Positions 38,547 to 48,538 of a stretch of DNA of 64,000 bases are shown piece by piece. The DNA is from Vicinamibacteria bacterium (GTDB taxonomy: Bacteria; Acidobacteriota; Vicinamibacteria; Marinacidobacterales; Marinacidobacteraceae), in NCBI GenBank assembly GCA_965116805.1, contig OZ220713.1, positions 2,704,594-2,768,593 on the forward strand. The letters run 5' to 3'. The stretch's first letter is position 1, and each line of letters opens with the position of its first letter. A program made the translations under genes and the position numbers. The notes under the pieces were generated by a model, which worked only from the letters and a program-made list of their open reading frames with translations, searched no databases and was not told where the DNA came from.

Positions 38547-38925
38547 CTCCTCGGTGGCCATTGCCGAACTTCTGGCGGAAGACCGGCGACCTCCTGAAGG
38601 GCTCTGGGACGACGATCTCATCTCGAGTCGCCTGTTCGAATACGAAGTCTGGGTCCGCCTCCACGCCCGGGGACTCGGCGAGATCAATGCCGAACCGGCG
38701 CGACAACTCGTGCGCCGGGTCTCACTCCTGGAGCTGTCGCCGGTGGTGTTGGTGCGCGCCCTCGAGCCCTTCCCGCGATCGCTCCGCACGCTCGACGCCC
38801 TGCACATCGCCTCCATGGCGCATCTTCGAGACAACGGGGAGCGCGTTGCACTCGCCAGCTACGACCGCCGGATGACGGCGGTCGCCGAGACGATGGGCTT
38901 CCCGCTCTACGACCTCGGCAACTGA
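38533..38925 (+). CDS. vapC: PIN-domain VapC-family toxin
   Basis: 'VIYLDSSVAIAELL' N-terminal PIN motif and a C-terminal acidic residue region. GTG start overlapping the antitoxin by 14 nt. Confidence 0.7.
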   Translation: MIYLDSSVAIAELLAEDRRPPEGLWDDDLISSRLFEYEVWVRLHARGLGEINAEPARQLVRRVSLLELSPVVLVRALEPFPRSLRTLDALHIASMAHLRDNGERVALASYDRRMTAVAETMGFPLYDLGN

Positions 38926-38949
38926 CCGCCGAAAACAGCGGACTTCCGA

Positions 38950-40140
38950 TCAGCGAAGCGCCGCCAGCACCTTCCCGATGAAGGGCGACACCGCGCCGCC
39001 CTGGATCCAGCGGACCACGACCACCAGGTCGTTCTCCCAGTCCACGTAGACGATGTTGCTGCCGGCGCCGCGGAAGGTGACCGCGGTGTCCGGGGCGTCG
39101 GGAATGGACTTCACCATCTCGCCGTCGCGCTCGACGGGCCCGTTCAGGAACCAGTTCATGTAGCCGTAGCTCGGGTTCACGTCGCCCGGAGTGCGGGCCA
39201 TCCCGATCCACTCCTCGGAGATGAGCTGTTTCCCCTTCCAGTTGCCCATCCGCAGGAAGAGGTAGCCGAAGCGGGCGAGGTCGCGGCCGCTGATGTGCAT
39301 GCCGCCGCCCCAGTGGCCGCCGCCGCTGACGGACTGGACGTTCCGGCCGTCGATCATCACCCAGGAGTTCTCGTAGCCGTGCCAGCGCCAGCGGTTGGAG
39401 GCGCCGATGGGATCCATGATCCCCTGGCGCAGCACCACCGGCAGCGGATCGCGCACCACCTGGAGCGCCGCGAGCGCGAGCAGGTTCACCCGGACGTCGT
39501 TGTACTTGTAGTGGGTTCCCGGCTTGTACATCGGACGGTCGGGGTACTCGAAGGGGTGGTCGCCCACCGGCCGGTCGGCCCAGTCGGGCTTCCCGAAGAG
39601 CGTCCCCTGCCAGTCGCTCGTCTGGCGGAGCAGGTGGTCCCAGGTGATGGACTCGTTGTGATCGGACCCGAAGAGCTCGTCGTCGGGCATGTAGGGACCC
39701 ACCCGGTCGTCGACCGAGGCGATGAGCCCCTTGTCGTAGAGAAGACCGACGGCCGTGGAGAGGAAGGTCTTCGAGACGCTGAAGGTCATGTCCACCTTCT
39801 TCGACGGCCCCCACTCCCGGACGATGTAGCCGTCCTTGACCACGATGCCGCTCAGCGCACCGCGCACCGTCGTCGGGCCGACCCGGCTTCCGAAGGGCTC
39901 CTGCGCGAACGTGAGTTCGTGGTTCAGCGCGAGGTCGTTGGGCGCGTTCGACTCCGAATCCACGGCGAACTCCACCGCCTCTTCGAGGAGCGCTGGATCG
40001 AAGCCGGCCTCCTCGGCGGTCTTCGTCGCCCAGTCGTGCCGCTCGGGAAAGTAGGGAGACTGCGCCGCCCCCAGACCTGCCGCCAACAGGCACAGGACCG
40101 CGAGGGTCGTCACGCGCGCAAACCGGTTTCCTCTTGTCAT
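38950..40140 (-). CDS. Secreted serine hydrolase (beta-lactamase/transpeptidase-like)
   Basis: Signal peptide, S-x-x-K motif 'SVSKTF', and 'YKYNDV' and 'HWGGG' regions. Confidence 0.8.
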   Translation of the reverse strand: MTRGNRFARVTTLAVLCLLAAGLGAAQSPYFPERHDWATKTAEEAGFDPALLEEAVEFAVDSESNAPNDLALNHELTFAQEPFGSRVGPTTVRGALSGIVVKDGYIVREWGPSKKVDMTFSVSKTFLSTAVGLLYDKGLIASVDDRVGPYMPDDELFGSDHNESITWDHLLRQTSDWQGTLFGKPDWADRPVGDHPFEYPDRPMYKPGTHYKYNDVRVNLLALAALQVVRDPLPVVLRQGIMDPIGASNRWRWHGYENSWVMIDGRNVQSVSGGGHWGGGMHISGRDLARFGYLFLRMGNWKGKQLISEEWIGMARTPGDVNPSYGYMNWFLNGPVERDGEMVKSIPDAPDTAVTFRGAGSNIVYVDWENDLVVVVRWIQGGAVSPFIGKVLAALR

Positions 40141-40162
40141 CGTTCGTTCTCCTGAAAGGCCG

Positions 40163-40603
40163 TCAGGCCTCGATCCTGGACCTCATCTCGGCGAACATCT
40201 CGCGCAGCACCTTTTCGGTCACCGGCTTCAGCAGCCGGGAGGCGAGCGCCGCCAGCGTTCCCCGCACCTGCACCGTGCCCTTCCAGTCGAGCGCGGTTCC
40301 CGAGTCCTCGTCGCGCAGCCGAAGCTCCGCGACGGCGTCGATGGTGGTGCCCGGACCCCGGCCGCGGATCTTCATCCGGGCCTCCTCGAGTTCCACGAGG
40401 TCGGTGAACTCGATGACGTTCTTGGCGTTGAGCCCGACCGTGCCGAGCTTGATGCCGCCCACCACCTCGAAGCGCTTGCCGGGCTCGAGGATGCGGACCG
40501 ACTTCACCCCGGGAGTGCAGGAGGCCACCGACTCGGCATCGGTGACGAATCCCCAGACCTTCTCCCGGGGGGCGCTGATGATCTCGGTCCCTTGGATGTC
40601 CAT
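40163..40603 (-). CDS. coxG: SRPBCC-fold CoxG-like protein (orphan, about 7 kb from the cox cluster)
   Basis: 146 aa; 'ISAPREKVWGFVTDAESVASCTPG' matches the CoxG/SRPBCC family. Confidence 0.7.
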   Translation of the reverse strand: MDIQGTEIISAPREKVWGFVTDAESVASCTPGVKSVRILEPGKRFEVVGGIKLGTVGLNAKNVIEFTDLVELEEARMKIRGRGPGTTIDAVAELRLRDEDSGTALDWKGTVQVRGTLAALASRLLKPVTEKVLREMFAEMRSRIEA

Positions 40604-40654
40604 CGCCGGATTCTACGGGAGGCCCCGGCTTCCGGCCGGGCCGCGCCGGCGCGG

Positions 40655-41122
40655 CTACGCCCTGACGAAATCCCGGGGATCGATGCGATCCACGCTGGGC
40701 ACCGGGTCGAAGTCCCGGTCAGCCGAAAGAATGGCCCGGATGCCCCGATCCTCCATGGTCGCCACATGAATCGCATCGCGCGCCGGGAGCCCCTGGTGGT
40801 CGAGGAGGAGTGCGAGAGCACGCACGGTGTGACCTTCCGTTACCGGAATGATCTCGTCACAGAGTTCCCGGGCAGCGCGGTGGACGGTTTGGGCATCGCC
40901 TGGACGACGCTGCGAGAAGTATCGGTGCAGGATCTCCTGAAGGACTTCCGCGTTCGTCACGACCCGCACCCTGCTGTTCTGAAGACGGTCCAGTGCCGCG
41001 TCGCAGACCTCCCGCCACCGGGCGTCCACACCCACGGCGTACATGAACACGTTCGCGTCAACGAAGACCGCCCCAGGGGGCTCCGTCGGCCGCGCCACGG
41101 GATGGGGCAGCGGCTCAGTCAT
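40655..41122 (-). CDS. vapC: PIN-domain VapC-family toxin
   Basis: 'VFVDANVFMYAVG' PIN N-terminal motif, with conserved D/E/D positions. Confidence 0.8.
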   Translation of the reverse strand: MTEPLPHPVARPTEPPGAVFVDANVFMYAVGVDARWREVCDAALDRLQNSRVRVVTNAEVLQEILHRYFSQRRPGDAQTVHRAARELCDEIIPVTEGHTVRALALLLDHQGLPARDAIHVATMEDRGIRAILSADRDFDPVPSVDRIDPRDFVRA

Positions 41123-41423
41123 TCGACTTGGCTTCCGCCGGGGGGTCGCGGCGTGGCCATTCCGCCACGCGGAACGCCGTCTTCAGGCGGCTGTATTCCC
41201 GATTCCACTCCGACCACGACTCGGGGACCGGCGCAGGCGGCATTTTGCGAAGCGCCTCCAGCGCCTCCCGTTGTCGCTGGCGCCGGTCCGGTTTGACGCA
41301 GTACTCCTGAATCGCCTCGCGGACCACGCTCGCGTGCTTCCGGCCCTCCGCCTCGGCTCGCCGGCGGACGGCGGCGTACTCGACCTCGTTCAGCGTGACC
41401 TGGACCTTGTGACTGCGGGACAT
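41115..41423 (-). CDS. vapB: Ribbon-helix-helix (CopG/VapB-type) antitoxin
   Basis: 'HKVQVTLNEVEYAAVRRRAEAEGRKHASVVREAI' RHH fold. Overlaps the vapC start by 8 nt. Confidence 0.7.
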   Translation of the reverse strand: MSRSHKVQVTLNEVEYAAVRRRAEAEGRKHASVVREAIQEYCVKPDRRQRQREALEALRKMPPAPVPESWSEWNREYSRLKTAFRVAEWPRRDPPAEAKSND

Positions 41424-41439
41424 GCTGCAAGTATCGTGT

Positions 41440-41475
41440 GTGATTTGAAATGTGTCAATGGTGGAATGTCAAACG
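41440..41475 (-). promoter_or_regulatory. Candidate vapBC operator/promoter: AT-rich pocket with direct repeats AATGTGTCAA / GAATGTCAA (TGTCAA-N8-TGTCAA)
   Basis: Read directly from the sequence between vapB (minus strand) and the divergent TonB receptor gene. Confidence 0.45.
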
Positions 41476-41550
41476 TACTCCCCGTCTCGGGCGCCGGAAC
41501 GGATCCTTCATCCACTCGTCGGCGTAGTCTTCCCGGCTGAGGTTTCCGCC

Positions 41551-43947
41551 ATGTTCCGCTTCGTCTCTCCGGCCGGTCCCGTCCGCGGCCTGGCCCTGGC
41601 TTCGATCCTGCTCGCGCTTCCTCCCGTTGAGGCGGCAACCCCCGCGTCCCCATCCGGATCCGCCGCGTCGACGGCCGAGATCGTGGGTGAGGTCACCGAC
41701 CCGCAGGGGCTGCTCGTGCCCGGCGCCGACGTGATCCTCACCCTCGCGAGCGGTGAGATCCGGGAGACCACCAGCGACGCGGCGGGTTCCTTCCGGTTCG
41801 ACACGCTGCCGGAGGGCATGCACCGACTGACCGTTCTCGGACCGGGTTTCGCCGACCGGACCGTCGAGATCACCGTGGGCGCCGCCGGCGAGGTCCGGAT
41901 CAGCATTCCGCTCGACATGTCGTTCGCGGAACGCGTGACCGTCACCGGGCAGCAGCAGGAACGGAGCCTCCAGGACGAACCCACCAGCGTGGCGCTCGTG
42001 AGCGGAGCGCAACTCGACGCCGGGACCGACACCGACCTCTACCGGCTGGTCGCGATGACCCCGAACGTCAACTCGTCCTCCGATGTCCGCGGCTTCTCCA
42101 TCCGGGGCATCAGCCAGCAGGGTTTCGGCCCCGAGGGAGGTCTCCTCCTGAGCGTCAAGCTCGACGGCGCCACCGTGCAGGGGTACCAGGGCACCTTCTT
42201 CGGGCCGTTCAGCACCTGGGACATGGACCGGGTCGAGATCTTCCGCGGGCCGCAGTCCACCCAGCAGGGGCGGAACGCGCTCGCCGGCGCCATCGTCATG
42301 AAGAGCGCCGATCCCGAGTACCGGACCGGGTTCCGGATGCGCGGCCGTTTCGGAAACTTCGGCGCCACCCAGGGCTCGGCGGTCCTGAACGTCCCGATCG
42401 TGGCCGGCAAGGCCGCCTTCCGGCTCGCGGTGGACAACCGCAAGAGCGACGGCTTCGTCCAGAATCCGACCCGCGGAGAGGACTCCTACGACTACCGCGA
42501 CTACCTCGCGGTCCGGATGAAGCTGCGCTTCGATCCGAGCACCCGGTTCCGGGGACTGCTCACCTACCAGGCGACCGAGAGCCGGGGCGGCGACGGCGCG
42601 ATCAGCGTGGACCGTTTCCCCGAAGAGCGGGTCAACGTCTCCGACCACCCCGCCGAGGACGGTTCGGAGCACCACAACCTGACGCTGGCGCTCGCCTACG
42701 ACCTGAGCCACCGGCTGTCCCTCGAGTCGACCTCGAGTGTCTACCAGCACGACTACCGCCGGGAGGAGGACCTGGACCAGACGCCCCTGGCGGCCGGCGT
42801 CCTCGACTACACGACCGACGACGAGTGGATGACCCAGGAGTTCCTGCTCCGCTACCAGGGCCCGGGCCAGCGGAGCGGCGTGCTGGGGCTCTACTTCGCC
42901 GACCTCACCGATACGCTCCAGGCGGACGCCGCCGGGCCGGGCGAACTGGCCGGCCTGCCTCCCGGCTTCACCCTGACCTCGTTCTTCAACACCCAGGAAA
43001 CGACCCGGAACGCGGCCCTCTTCGGCGAGTTCGACCTCGGTCTGGCCGACGTCTGGACGCTCACCCTCGGCGCCCGCTACGACGACGAGCGCCGCCAGAC
43101 CACGAACAGCCAGGGGGTGGTCTCCGATCCGCCCCTGCCCCAGTTGCCGCCGGCAGGCCCCCCGCAGGAACTGGACGCGTCCTACCGGGCCTTCCTGCCG
43201 AAGGCGACCCTGACCCGCGACTGGACCGATTCCCTGTCCACCTCGGTCGGCTGGCAGCGGGGCTACCGGGCCGGCGGGCAGTCGATCGCCGTGCTGAGCC
43301 AGCGGGTGAGCGACTTCGAGCCGGAGTACACCAGCAACGTCGAGTTCGCGCTGCGCGCCGCCGCGCCCGACCGGCGCTGGTTCTTCAACGGCAACGCCTT
43401 CTACACCGACTGGACCAACCAGCAGGTGCGGGTCATGACCGACCTCGGCCTGCCGGTGGACACCGTCACCGTGAACGCCGGGGAGTCCACCGTGCGCGGA
43501 CTGGAAGCGCAGGCCGGCTACTGGTTCGACCCGCGCGTTCAGTTCTACGGCTCGCTGGGCCTGCTCGAGACCCGGTTCGATGACTTCCGCGACGGCGAGC
43601 GCGACTTCACGGGGAACGAGTTCCCGTACGCGCCGGCCTGGTCCTGGCTGACCGGCATTTCGGTCCGCCTGGACGACCACTGGTCGGGGAACGCCGAGGT
43701 CGCCGCGCAGGCGGACGCGTTCTCCAACAGCGGGAACGACGCGCGCTTCCGGGTCGGAGAGCGCACGCTGGTGAACGGCCGCTTCGGCTACCAGCGGGGC
43801 AACTTCGGGGTCTTCGCCTTCGGCCGCAACCTCCTCGACGAGGCGTATCTCCTGCAGGCATGGCAGCCGACCGCGCCGGTCTTCAGCGCCCTGGGGCGCG
43901 CCGGAGAACCAAGGACGATCGGGATCGAGCTGGACCTGAGCTTCTGA
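41551..43947 (+). CDS. TonB-dependent outer-membrane receptor with an N-terminal carboxypeptidase-regulatory-like domain
   Basis: Signal peptide, plug-domain region, 22-strand barrel features, and a C-terminal 'TIGIELDLSF' terminal Phe. Confidence 0.8.
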   Translation: MFRFVSPAGPVRGLALASILLALPPVEAATPASPSGSAASTAEIVGEVTDPQGLLVPGADVILTLASGEIRETTSDAAGSFRFDTLPEGMHRLTVLGPGFADRTVEITVGAAGEVRISIPLDMSFAERVTVTGQQQERSLQDEPTSVALVSGAQLDAGTDTDLYRLVAMTPNVNSSSDVRGFSIRGISQQGFGPEGGLLLSVKLDGATVQGYQGTFFGPFSTWDMDRVEIFRGPQSTQQGRNALAGAIVMKSADPEYRTGFRMRGRFGNFGATQGSAVLNVPIVAGKAAFRLAVDNRKSDGFVQNPTRGEDSYDYRDYLAVRMKLRFDPSTRFRGLLTYQATESRGGDGAISVDRFPEERVNVSDHPAEDGSEHHNLTLALAYDLSHRLSLESTSSVYQHDYRREEDLDQTPLAAGVLDYTTDDEWMTQEFLLRYQGPGQRSGVLGLYFADLTDTLQADAAGPGELAGLPPGFTLTSFFNTQETTRNAALFGEFDLGLADVWTLTLGARYDDERRQTTNSQGVVSDPPLPQLPPAGPPQELDASYRAFLPKATLTRDWTDSLSTSVGWQRGYRAGGQSIAVLSQRVSDFEPEYTSNVEFALRAAAPDRRWFFNGNAFYTDWTNQQVRVMTDLGLPVDTVTVNAGESTVRGLEAQAGYWFDPRVQFYGSLGLLETRFDDFRDGERDFTGNEFPYAPAWSWLTGISVRLDDHWSGNAEVAAQADAFSNSGNDARFRVGERTLVNGRFGYQRGNFGVFAFGRNLLDEAYLLQAWQPTAPVFSALGRAGEPRTIGIELDLSF

Positions 43948-44000
43948 CCCGCGCTTCCCGATCTCCGGGCCACCGAAGGAGTGGCGCCCGCGCCGCGACG

Positions 44001-45065
44001 ATGCGCGCCATGGTGTTTCGGGGCGCCGGACCGGCGCTCGCCCTCGAGGAACGGCCGGTCCCGGCGCCCGGTCCGGAGGAGATCCTGGTTCGGGTGGCCG
44101 CGTGCGGCGTCTGCCGTACCGACCTGCACCTGGTGGACGGCGAACTCCCCGAACCGCGCCTGCCGGTCGTGCCGGGGCACGAAGTGGTGGGCCGGGTCGC
44201 GGCCCTCGGCGCGGGGGTCGAGTGCTTCCGCGAAGGCGACCGGGTCGGGATCCCCTGGCTCGGCTGGACCTGCGGCGCCTGCCCGTGCTGCCGGCGTGGC
44301 CGCGAGAACCTGTGCCCCGCCGCCCGCTTCACGGGCTACACCCGGGACGGCGGCTACGCCGACTACTGCGTCGCGGACCAGCGGTACGCGCTCGGTCTCG
44401 CGGGGGATCGCGGCGACGCGGAGTCGGCGCCGCTGCTCTGCGCGGGACTGATCGGCTTCCGCGCGCTGCGGATGGCGGGGGATGCCGGGCGAATCGGGTT
44501 CTACGGATTCGGCGCGGCCGCCCACATCATCGCCCAGGTCGCGCGCCACCAGGGACGCCGTGTCTTCGCTTTCGTGCGGCCCGGAGACGAAGCGGCCAAG
44601 GCGTTCGCGCTGGACCTCGGGGCGGAATGGGCCGGCGATTCGGACCGGGCGCCGCCGGAGCAACTCGACGCGGCGCTGCTGTTCGCGCCGGTCGGCGCGC
44701 TCGTGCCCGCGGCGCTCGGCGCGCTCGCTCCGGGAGGGACGGTGGTCTGCGCGGGGATCCACATGAGCGACATCCCCTCGTTCCCCTACGAGCTTCTGTG
44801 GCAGGAGCGTCGCGTCGTCTCGGTCGCCAACCTGACGCGCCGGGACGGGGAGGACTTCCTGGCGCTCGCTGCCGAGACCGAGATCGCCACGAGCGTCGAG
44901 ACCATGCCGCTGACGGCCGCCAACGAGGCTCTCGACCGGCTGCGCGGCGGCCGGCTCCAGGGCGCGGCGGTGCTCACGATGGGCCGCGGGGGATGCCCTC
45001 CCCGGCAGACCGAGAGCCCGGAGTCAACGTCCGGCCCGCGGACCGGGCCGGACGTGGGCGTCTGA
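44001..45065 (+). CDS. Zinc-binding alcohol dehydrogenase (MDR family)
   Basis: 'GVCRTDLH' catalytic Zn motif, 'GHEVVG', structural Zn 'CGACPCCRRGRENLC', and an 'GFGAAAH' Rossmann motif. Confidence 0.85.
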   Translation: MRAMVFRGAGPALALEERPVPAPGPEEILVRVAACGVCRTDLHLVDGELPEPRLPVVPGHEVVGRVAALGAGVECFREGDRVGIPWLGWTCGACPCCRRGRENLCPAARFTGYTRDGGYADYCVADQRYALGLAGDRGDAESAPLLCAGLIGFRALRMAGDAGRIGFYGFGAAAHIIAQVARHQGRRVFAFVRPGDEAAKAFALDLGAEWAGDSDRAPPEQLDAALLFAPVGALVPAALGALAPGGTVVCAGIHMSDIPSFPYELLWQERRVVSVANLTRRDGEDFLALAAETEIATSVETMPLTAANEALDRLRGGRLQGAAVLTMGRGGCPPRQTESPESTSGPRTGPDVGV

Positions 45066-45091
45066 CTGCCGCTTCCTGACCCCGGCCTCCG

Positions 45092-46294
45092 TCAGGGGTC
45101 CTCGACGCGGGTCCAGGCGCCGCACTCGGCGTCGCTGTAGAAGCCGGCATCGGAGGGATCGATCGTGACGGTGAGTTCCGCGCCGGCCCGCGTCTCGACG
45201 AGACCGTCCTCCACGACGTCCTCCTGACCGCCTCCGAAGGCGGCGAGCCGCAGCCAGAGGCACAGGTAGTCGGCGTCCGCGCGGTAGGTGCCGGGCGCGA
45301 TCTGGGCGCCCACCAGCCAGGTGCCCGGACGGATTTCGTCCTGCGTGCCGGTGTGGGGAGGCTCGGCCCGCCACTCCCCGCACTCGGAAGTGGACCGGAA
45401 CGCCGCGTCGCCCGGGTCGATGTCCACGATCTCCTGTCCGGAATCGAAGCGGAGTTCCCTGCCCGCGATGAAGTCGTGATCCGGGGGCGACTCGAACGGC
45501 ACGAGTGCGGCCCGGCCGGCCAGGTAGCCGATGGAGAATCCCGAACGCCGATTCCAGCGGCAGTAGGACTCGGGATCCGTGAAGTAACGACCCGGCGGGA
45601 CTTCGTCACCGACGATCCACTGCCCCCCGCCGAACGAACCCCGGGGTGCGCCGCCGATGAGGGTGAAGTCGAGCCGGCCCGAGTCACGCGTCGCGAGCCC
45701 CGTCGCCTCGTCGTAGCCGTCCTTCCGCGCCGCGAGGGTGGTGTCGCCCTCCAGGTCATGCAGGAAGTACCCGCCGTCGCCTCGCGTCACGGTTGCCTTC
45801 CCCGCGGAGGGGCCGTCGAGCGCGACGACGCGCACATCCGCCACCGGGCGGCCGTTGTGGTTCAAGACCTGCCCGTTGAGGTCGTAGAGATTCGGATTGA
45901 CGGGCGCGACCGCCACTGCGGCTTCGGCGCTGGCCGGCCCTAGAGTGGCGGTGATCCGCGTCTCGCCCGCCGCGTGCGCGAAGACGAAGCCGCGCCCGTC
46001 CACGCTCGCCACCTCGGGCGCGCTCGAACTCCAGAGCGGATCCACCTGCCCGCTGGCGCCGTCGCTGAAGGTCGCCCAGGCCGTCAGTTGCGTGACCGTC
46101 CCGATCTCCATCGGCTCCTCCGGCAGACCCCGGATCTCGAGCGCCGTGGGGACCGGTTCCGGGGGAGGCCCGACAGGCGTCGTCGCATCGCCGCAGCCGC
46201 CGACACCGAGCGCGGACACGATGGTGGCGAGGACCACCGCGCTCGACGCCATCCTCCACAGCACAACCCCAGTCAAGTCCCTTACGCAGGTCAT
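45092..46294 (-). CDS. Hypothetical lipoprotein with an Ig-like (BIG2-type) N-terminal domain
   Basis: Lipobox 'LGVGGCG'. 'LEIRGLPEEPMEIGTVTQLTAWATFSDG' resembles a Big_2 fold. Confidence 0.5.
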   Translation of the reverse strand: MTCVRDLTGVVLWRMASSAVVLATIVSALGVGGCGDATTPVGPPPEPVPTALEIRGLPEEPMEIGTVTQLTAWATFSDGASGQVDPLWSSSAPEVASVDGRGFVFAHAAGETRITATLGPASAEAAVAVAPVNPNLYDLNGQVLNHNGRPVADVRVVALDGPSAGKATVTRGDGGYFLHDLEGDTTLAARKDGYDEATGLATRDSGRLDFTLIGGAPRGSFGGGQWIVGDEVPPGRYFTDPESYCRWNRRSGFSIGYLAGRAALVPFESPPDHDFIAGRELRFDSGQEIVDIDPGDAAFRSTSECGEWRAEPPHTGTQDEIRPGTWLVGAQIAPGTYRADADYLCLWLRLAAFGGGQEDVVEDGLVETRAGAELTVTIDPSDAGFYSDAECGAWTRVEDP

Positions 46295-46331
46295 CCTCCG
46301 GCAGGCTAGCAGCCTGAAGCCGGACCGGTCG

Positions 46332-47507
46332 TCAGTCCGGGGTTGCCGTCAGCAGCCGGTCATGGCGGCGGAGGATGTCCCGGAGGCGTTCGTGCGGGAT
46401 CGCGTAGATCCGGCGGCCGTTCACGCCGGTCATGTCGCGGGCGGCGACCATGGAGTTCACGATGGCCTCCTCGGTGGCCTGCACGACCCCCTCGAAGAGC
46501 GGGTTCAGGTCGGAGTTCGCCAGGATCCGCAATCGGGCCTCGCCGCTCTCGTTGGCGGCGGCCTCCTCGTTGGCGGTCGAGAACGCCACGAAGATGTCTC
46601 CCGAGCCGTTCATCGAGATGCTCCCCAGGCGTCCGAGCCCGAGGGATGCACGGCGGGCCAGACGCTTCAACTGGTGCGGGAGCAGCGGCGCGTCGGTGGC
46701 CGCGACGATGATGATGGATCCGTCCCGTCCTCCCCGAGGGGCGGGAGGACCGGCCTCCGGAGGCGGCGGGTTCTCGGGAAGCAGGTCGGGGATCTCCCGC
46801 CCCACCGGCACCCCGGCGATCTTGAGCTGCGGACGCCGGCCGAAGTTGGACTGCACCAGGACGCCCACCGTGAAGTCCGCCCCGCCGGTCCCGACCCGGC
46901 GCGAGGCGGTGCCGATTCCCGACTTGAACTCGAAGGTGCGCATCCCGGTGCCGCCTCCCACCGAGCCCTCCTCGACCGGCCCTCCACGGGCGGAATCGAG
47001 CGCGGCGAACACGTGCTCGCGGCGGACGTGGAAACCGGTGATGTCGTTCAGGAACCCGTCCCAGGTCTCGGCGACCATCGGCAGCGTCCAGGCGCGAAAT
47101 CCGAGGTTCCGCTCCGCCCAGGCGATCGCCGCCTCGTGGACCGCGCCGACGCTGTAGGTGTTCGTGATGAGCACCGGCCCCTTCAGGATCCCCCGGTCGC
47201 TGACCCAGGTCGTGCCGGTCATCTCGCCGTTCCCGTTGAGGGCGAACCAGTTGGCGAACACCCCGACGCGGCTCATCCGGCCGCGCGGCAGCACCGCGGT
47301 GACCCCGGTCCGGACCGGCCCCTCCTCCCGCAGGATCGTGGTGTGCCCCACCTCCAGTCCGGAAACGTCGGTGATGGCGTTCAGCGGGCCGGGATCGCCC
47401 TCGAAGGGCACTCCCAGGTCCCGGGCGCGGGTCGGTGTCTGGGCGGGAGCGCCGGCGGCGATCGAGGAGATGATCACGGCGGCGCCGAACGTGCGGCGGG
47501 ACTTCAT
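46332..47507 (-). CDS. P1/S58-family (DmpA-like) aminopeptidase, secreted
   Basis: Signal peptide, then 'ITDVSGLEVGHTT' and 'GGTGMRTFEFKSGIGTASR' (autoprocessing Gly-Ser/Thr region) characteristic of the DmpA/ArgJ fold. Confidence 0.75.
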   Translation of the reverse strand: MKSRRTFGAAVIISSIAAGAPAQTPTRARDLGVPFEGDPGPLNAITDVSGLEVGHTTILREEGPVRTGVTAVLPRGRMSRVGVFANWFALNGNGEMTGTTWVSDRGILKGPVLITNTYSVGAVHEAAIAWAERNLGFRAWTLPMVAETWDGFLNDITGFHVRREHVFAALDSARGGPVEEGSVGGGTGMRTFEFKSGIGTASRRVGTGGADFTVGVLVQSNFGRRPQLKIAGVPVGREIPDLLPENPPPPEAGPPAPRGGRDGSIIIVAATDAPLLPHQLKRLARRASLGLGRLGSISMNGSGDIFVAFSTANEEAAANESGEARLRILANSDLNPLFEGVVQATEEAIVNSMVAARDMTGVNGRRIYAIPHERLRDILRRHDRLLTATPD

Positions 47508-47553
47508 CGTTTCGGCCCTCCTGCGGGGCGGCGGCGCCCGGTGGGGGCGCGAT

Positions 47554-48516
47554 TCAGGCGGTATCGCCGGCTCTCCCGGCGGTAGCGAACGTCTCCGCGC
47601 AGCCGGCGCAGCAGAACCAGTAGGTCTCGCCGCCCGATTCCACCCGGTGCGGCGAGTCCCGGGAGACGGTCATCCCGCAGATCGGATCCACCACCAGGTC
47701 GTCGCTCGGAGTCTCGAGCGCGATCCCGACCATCGGGGCCGGCGCGGCCTCCTCCGAAGCAGCCTCGGGCCGCTCCGCCGCCTGCCGCCCCTCCACGATC
47801 TGGGCGAGGATGCTGAGCGCGATCTCGCCGGGGGTCTCGGCGCCGATGTCGAGCCCGGCGGGGGACCGGAGCCGGCCGACGTCGGCTTCGGAAACACCCA
47901 TCCCGACGAGCCGTTCGCGCACCGCCGCCGACCGGCGCGGACTCGCGACCAGGCCCACATAGCGGGCGCGGCCGCCGGTCAACGCAGCCTTCAATGCCTC
48001 CCACTCCCCTTCGCCGTGGCCGGCGACCACACAGAAGGCCCCCTCGGCCGCGCTGTCGAGGTCTTCCGAGGTCTCGGCGGTCCGAACCTCCATCCCGAGC
48101 GCCTCGCCGAGCGCCGCCAGCGATTCCACGATGGGCGAACTCCCCGCCAGCAGCAGCAGCCGCGACGGCAGATAGGGCTCCAGGTGGATGTCGAGAGCGC
48201 CACCGCTCACACAAGCCATGTGTTCCTCCAGAACTCCTTCCTCCGCCTCGACGCCCTCGGGAGGGCTGTCCGGGGAGATGCGGAGCAGCCGGGGCGCTCC
48301 GTCCGCGAGCGCCCGCAGCGACTCGCGCCGGACCGCCGGTTTGACGCAGGTCCCGCCGACGAAGCCCCGAAACCGTCCGTCGCCGGTGACGATCGCCTTG
48401 GCGCCGGGACGGGCGGAGGTGGGGCGTTCCGCGCGCACCACCGTCGCCAGGACGAAGGGCACGCCGTCCCGGTAGAGACGGGCGGCCGCGGCGAAGACGT
48501 CGGTCGGTCCGGTCAC
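47554..48516 (-). CDS. XdhC/CoxI-family maturation factor with a C-terminal YHS/TRASH-like metal-binding motif
   Basis: XdhC N- and Rossmann domains, then 'DPICGMTV...ETYWFCCAGC' Cys-rich YHS-like tail. Confidence 0.75.
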   Translation of the reverse strand: MTGPTDVFAAAARLYRDGVPFVLATVVRAERPTSARPGAKAIVTGDGRFRGFVGGTCVKPAVRRESLRALADGAPRLLRISPDSPPEGVEAEEGVLEEHMACVSGGALDIHLEPYLPSRLLLLAGSSPIVESLAALGEALGMEVRTAETSEDLDSAAEGAFCVVAGHGEGEWEALKAALTGGRARYVGLVASPRRSAAVRERLVGMGVSEADVGRLRSPAGLDIGAETPGEIALSILAQIVEGRQAAERPEAASEEAAPAPMVGIALETPSDDLVVDPICGMTVSRDSPHRVESGGETYWFCCAGCAETFATAGRAGDTA

Positions 48517-48538
48517 CGCCGCGTTCCGGCGCGGCCCC

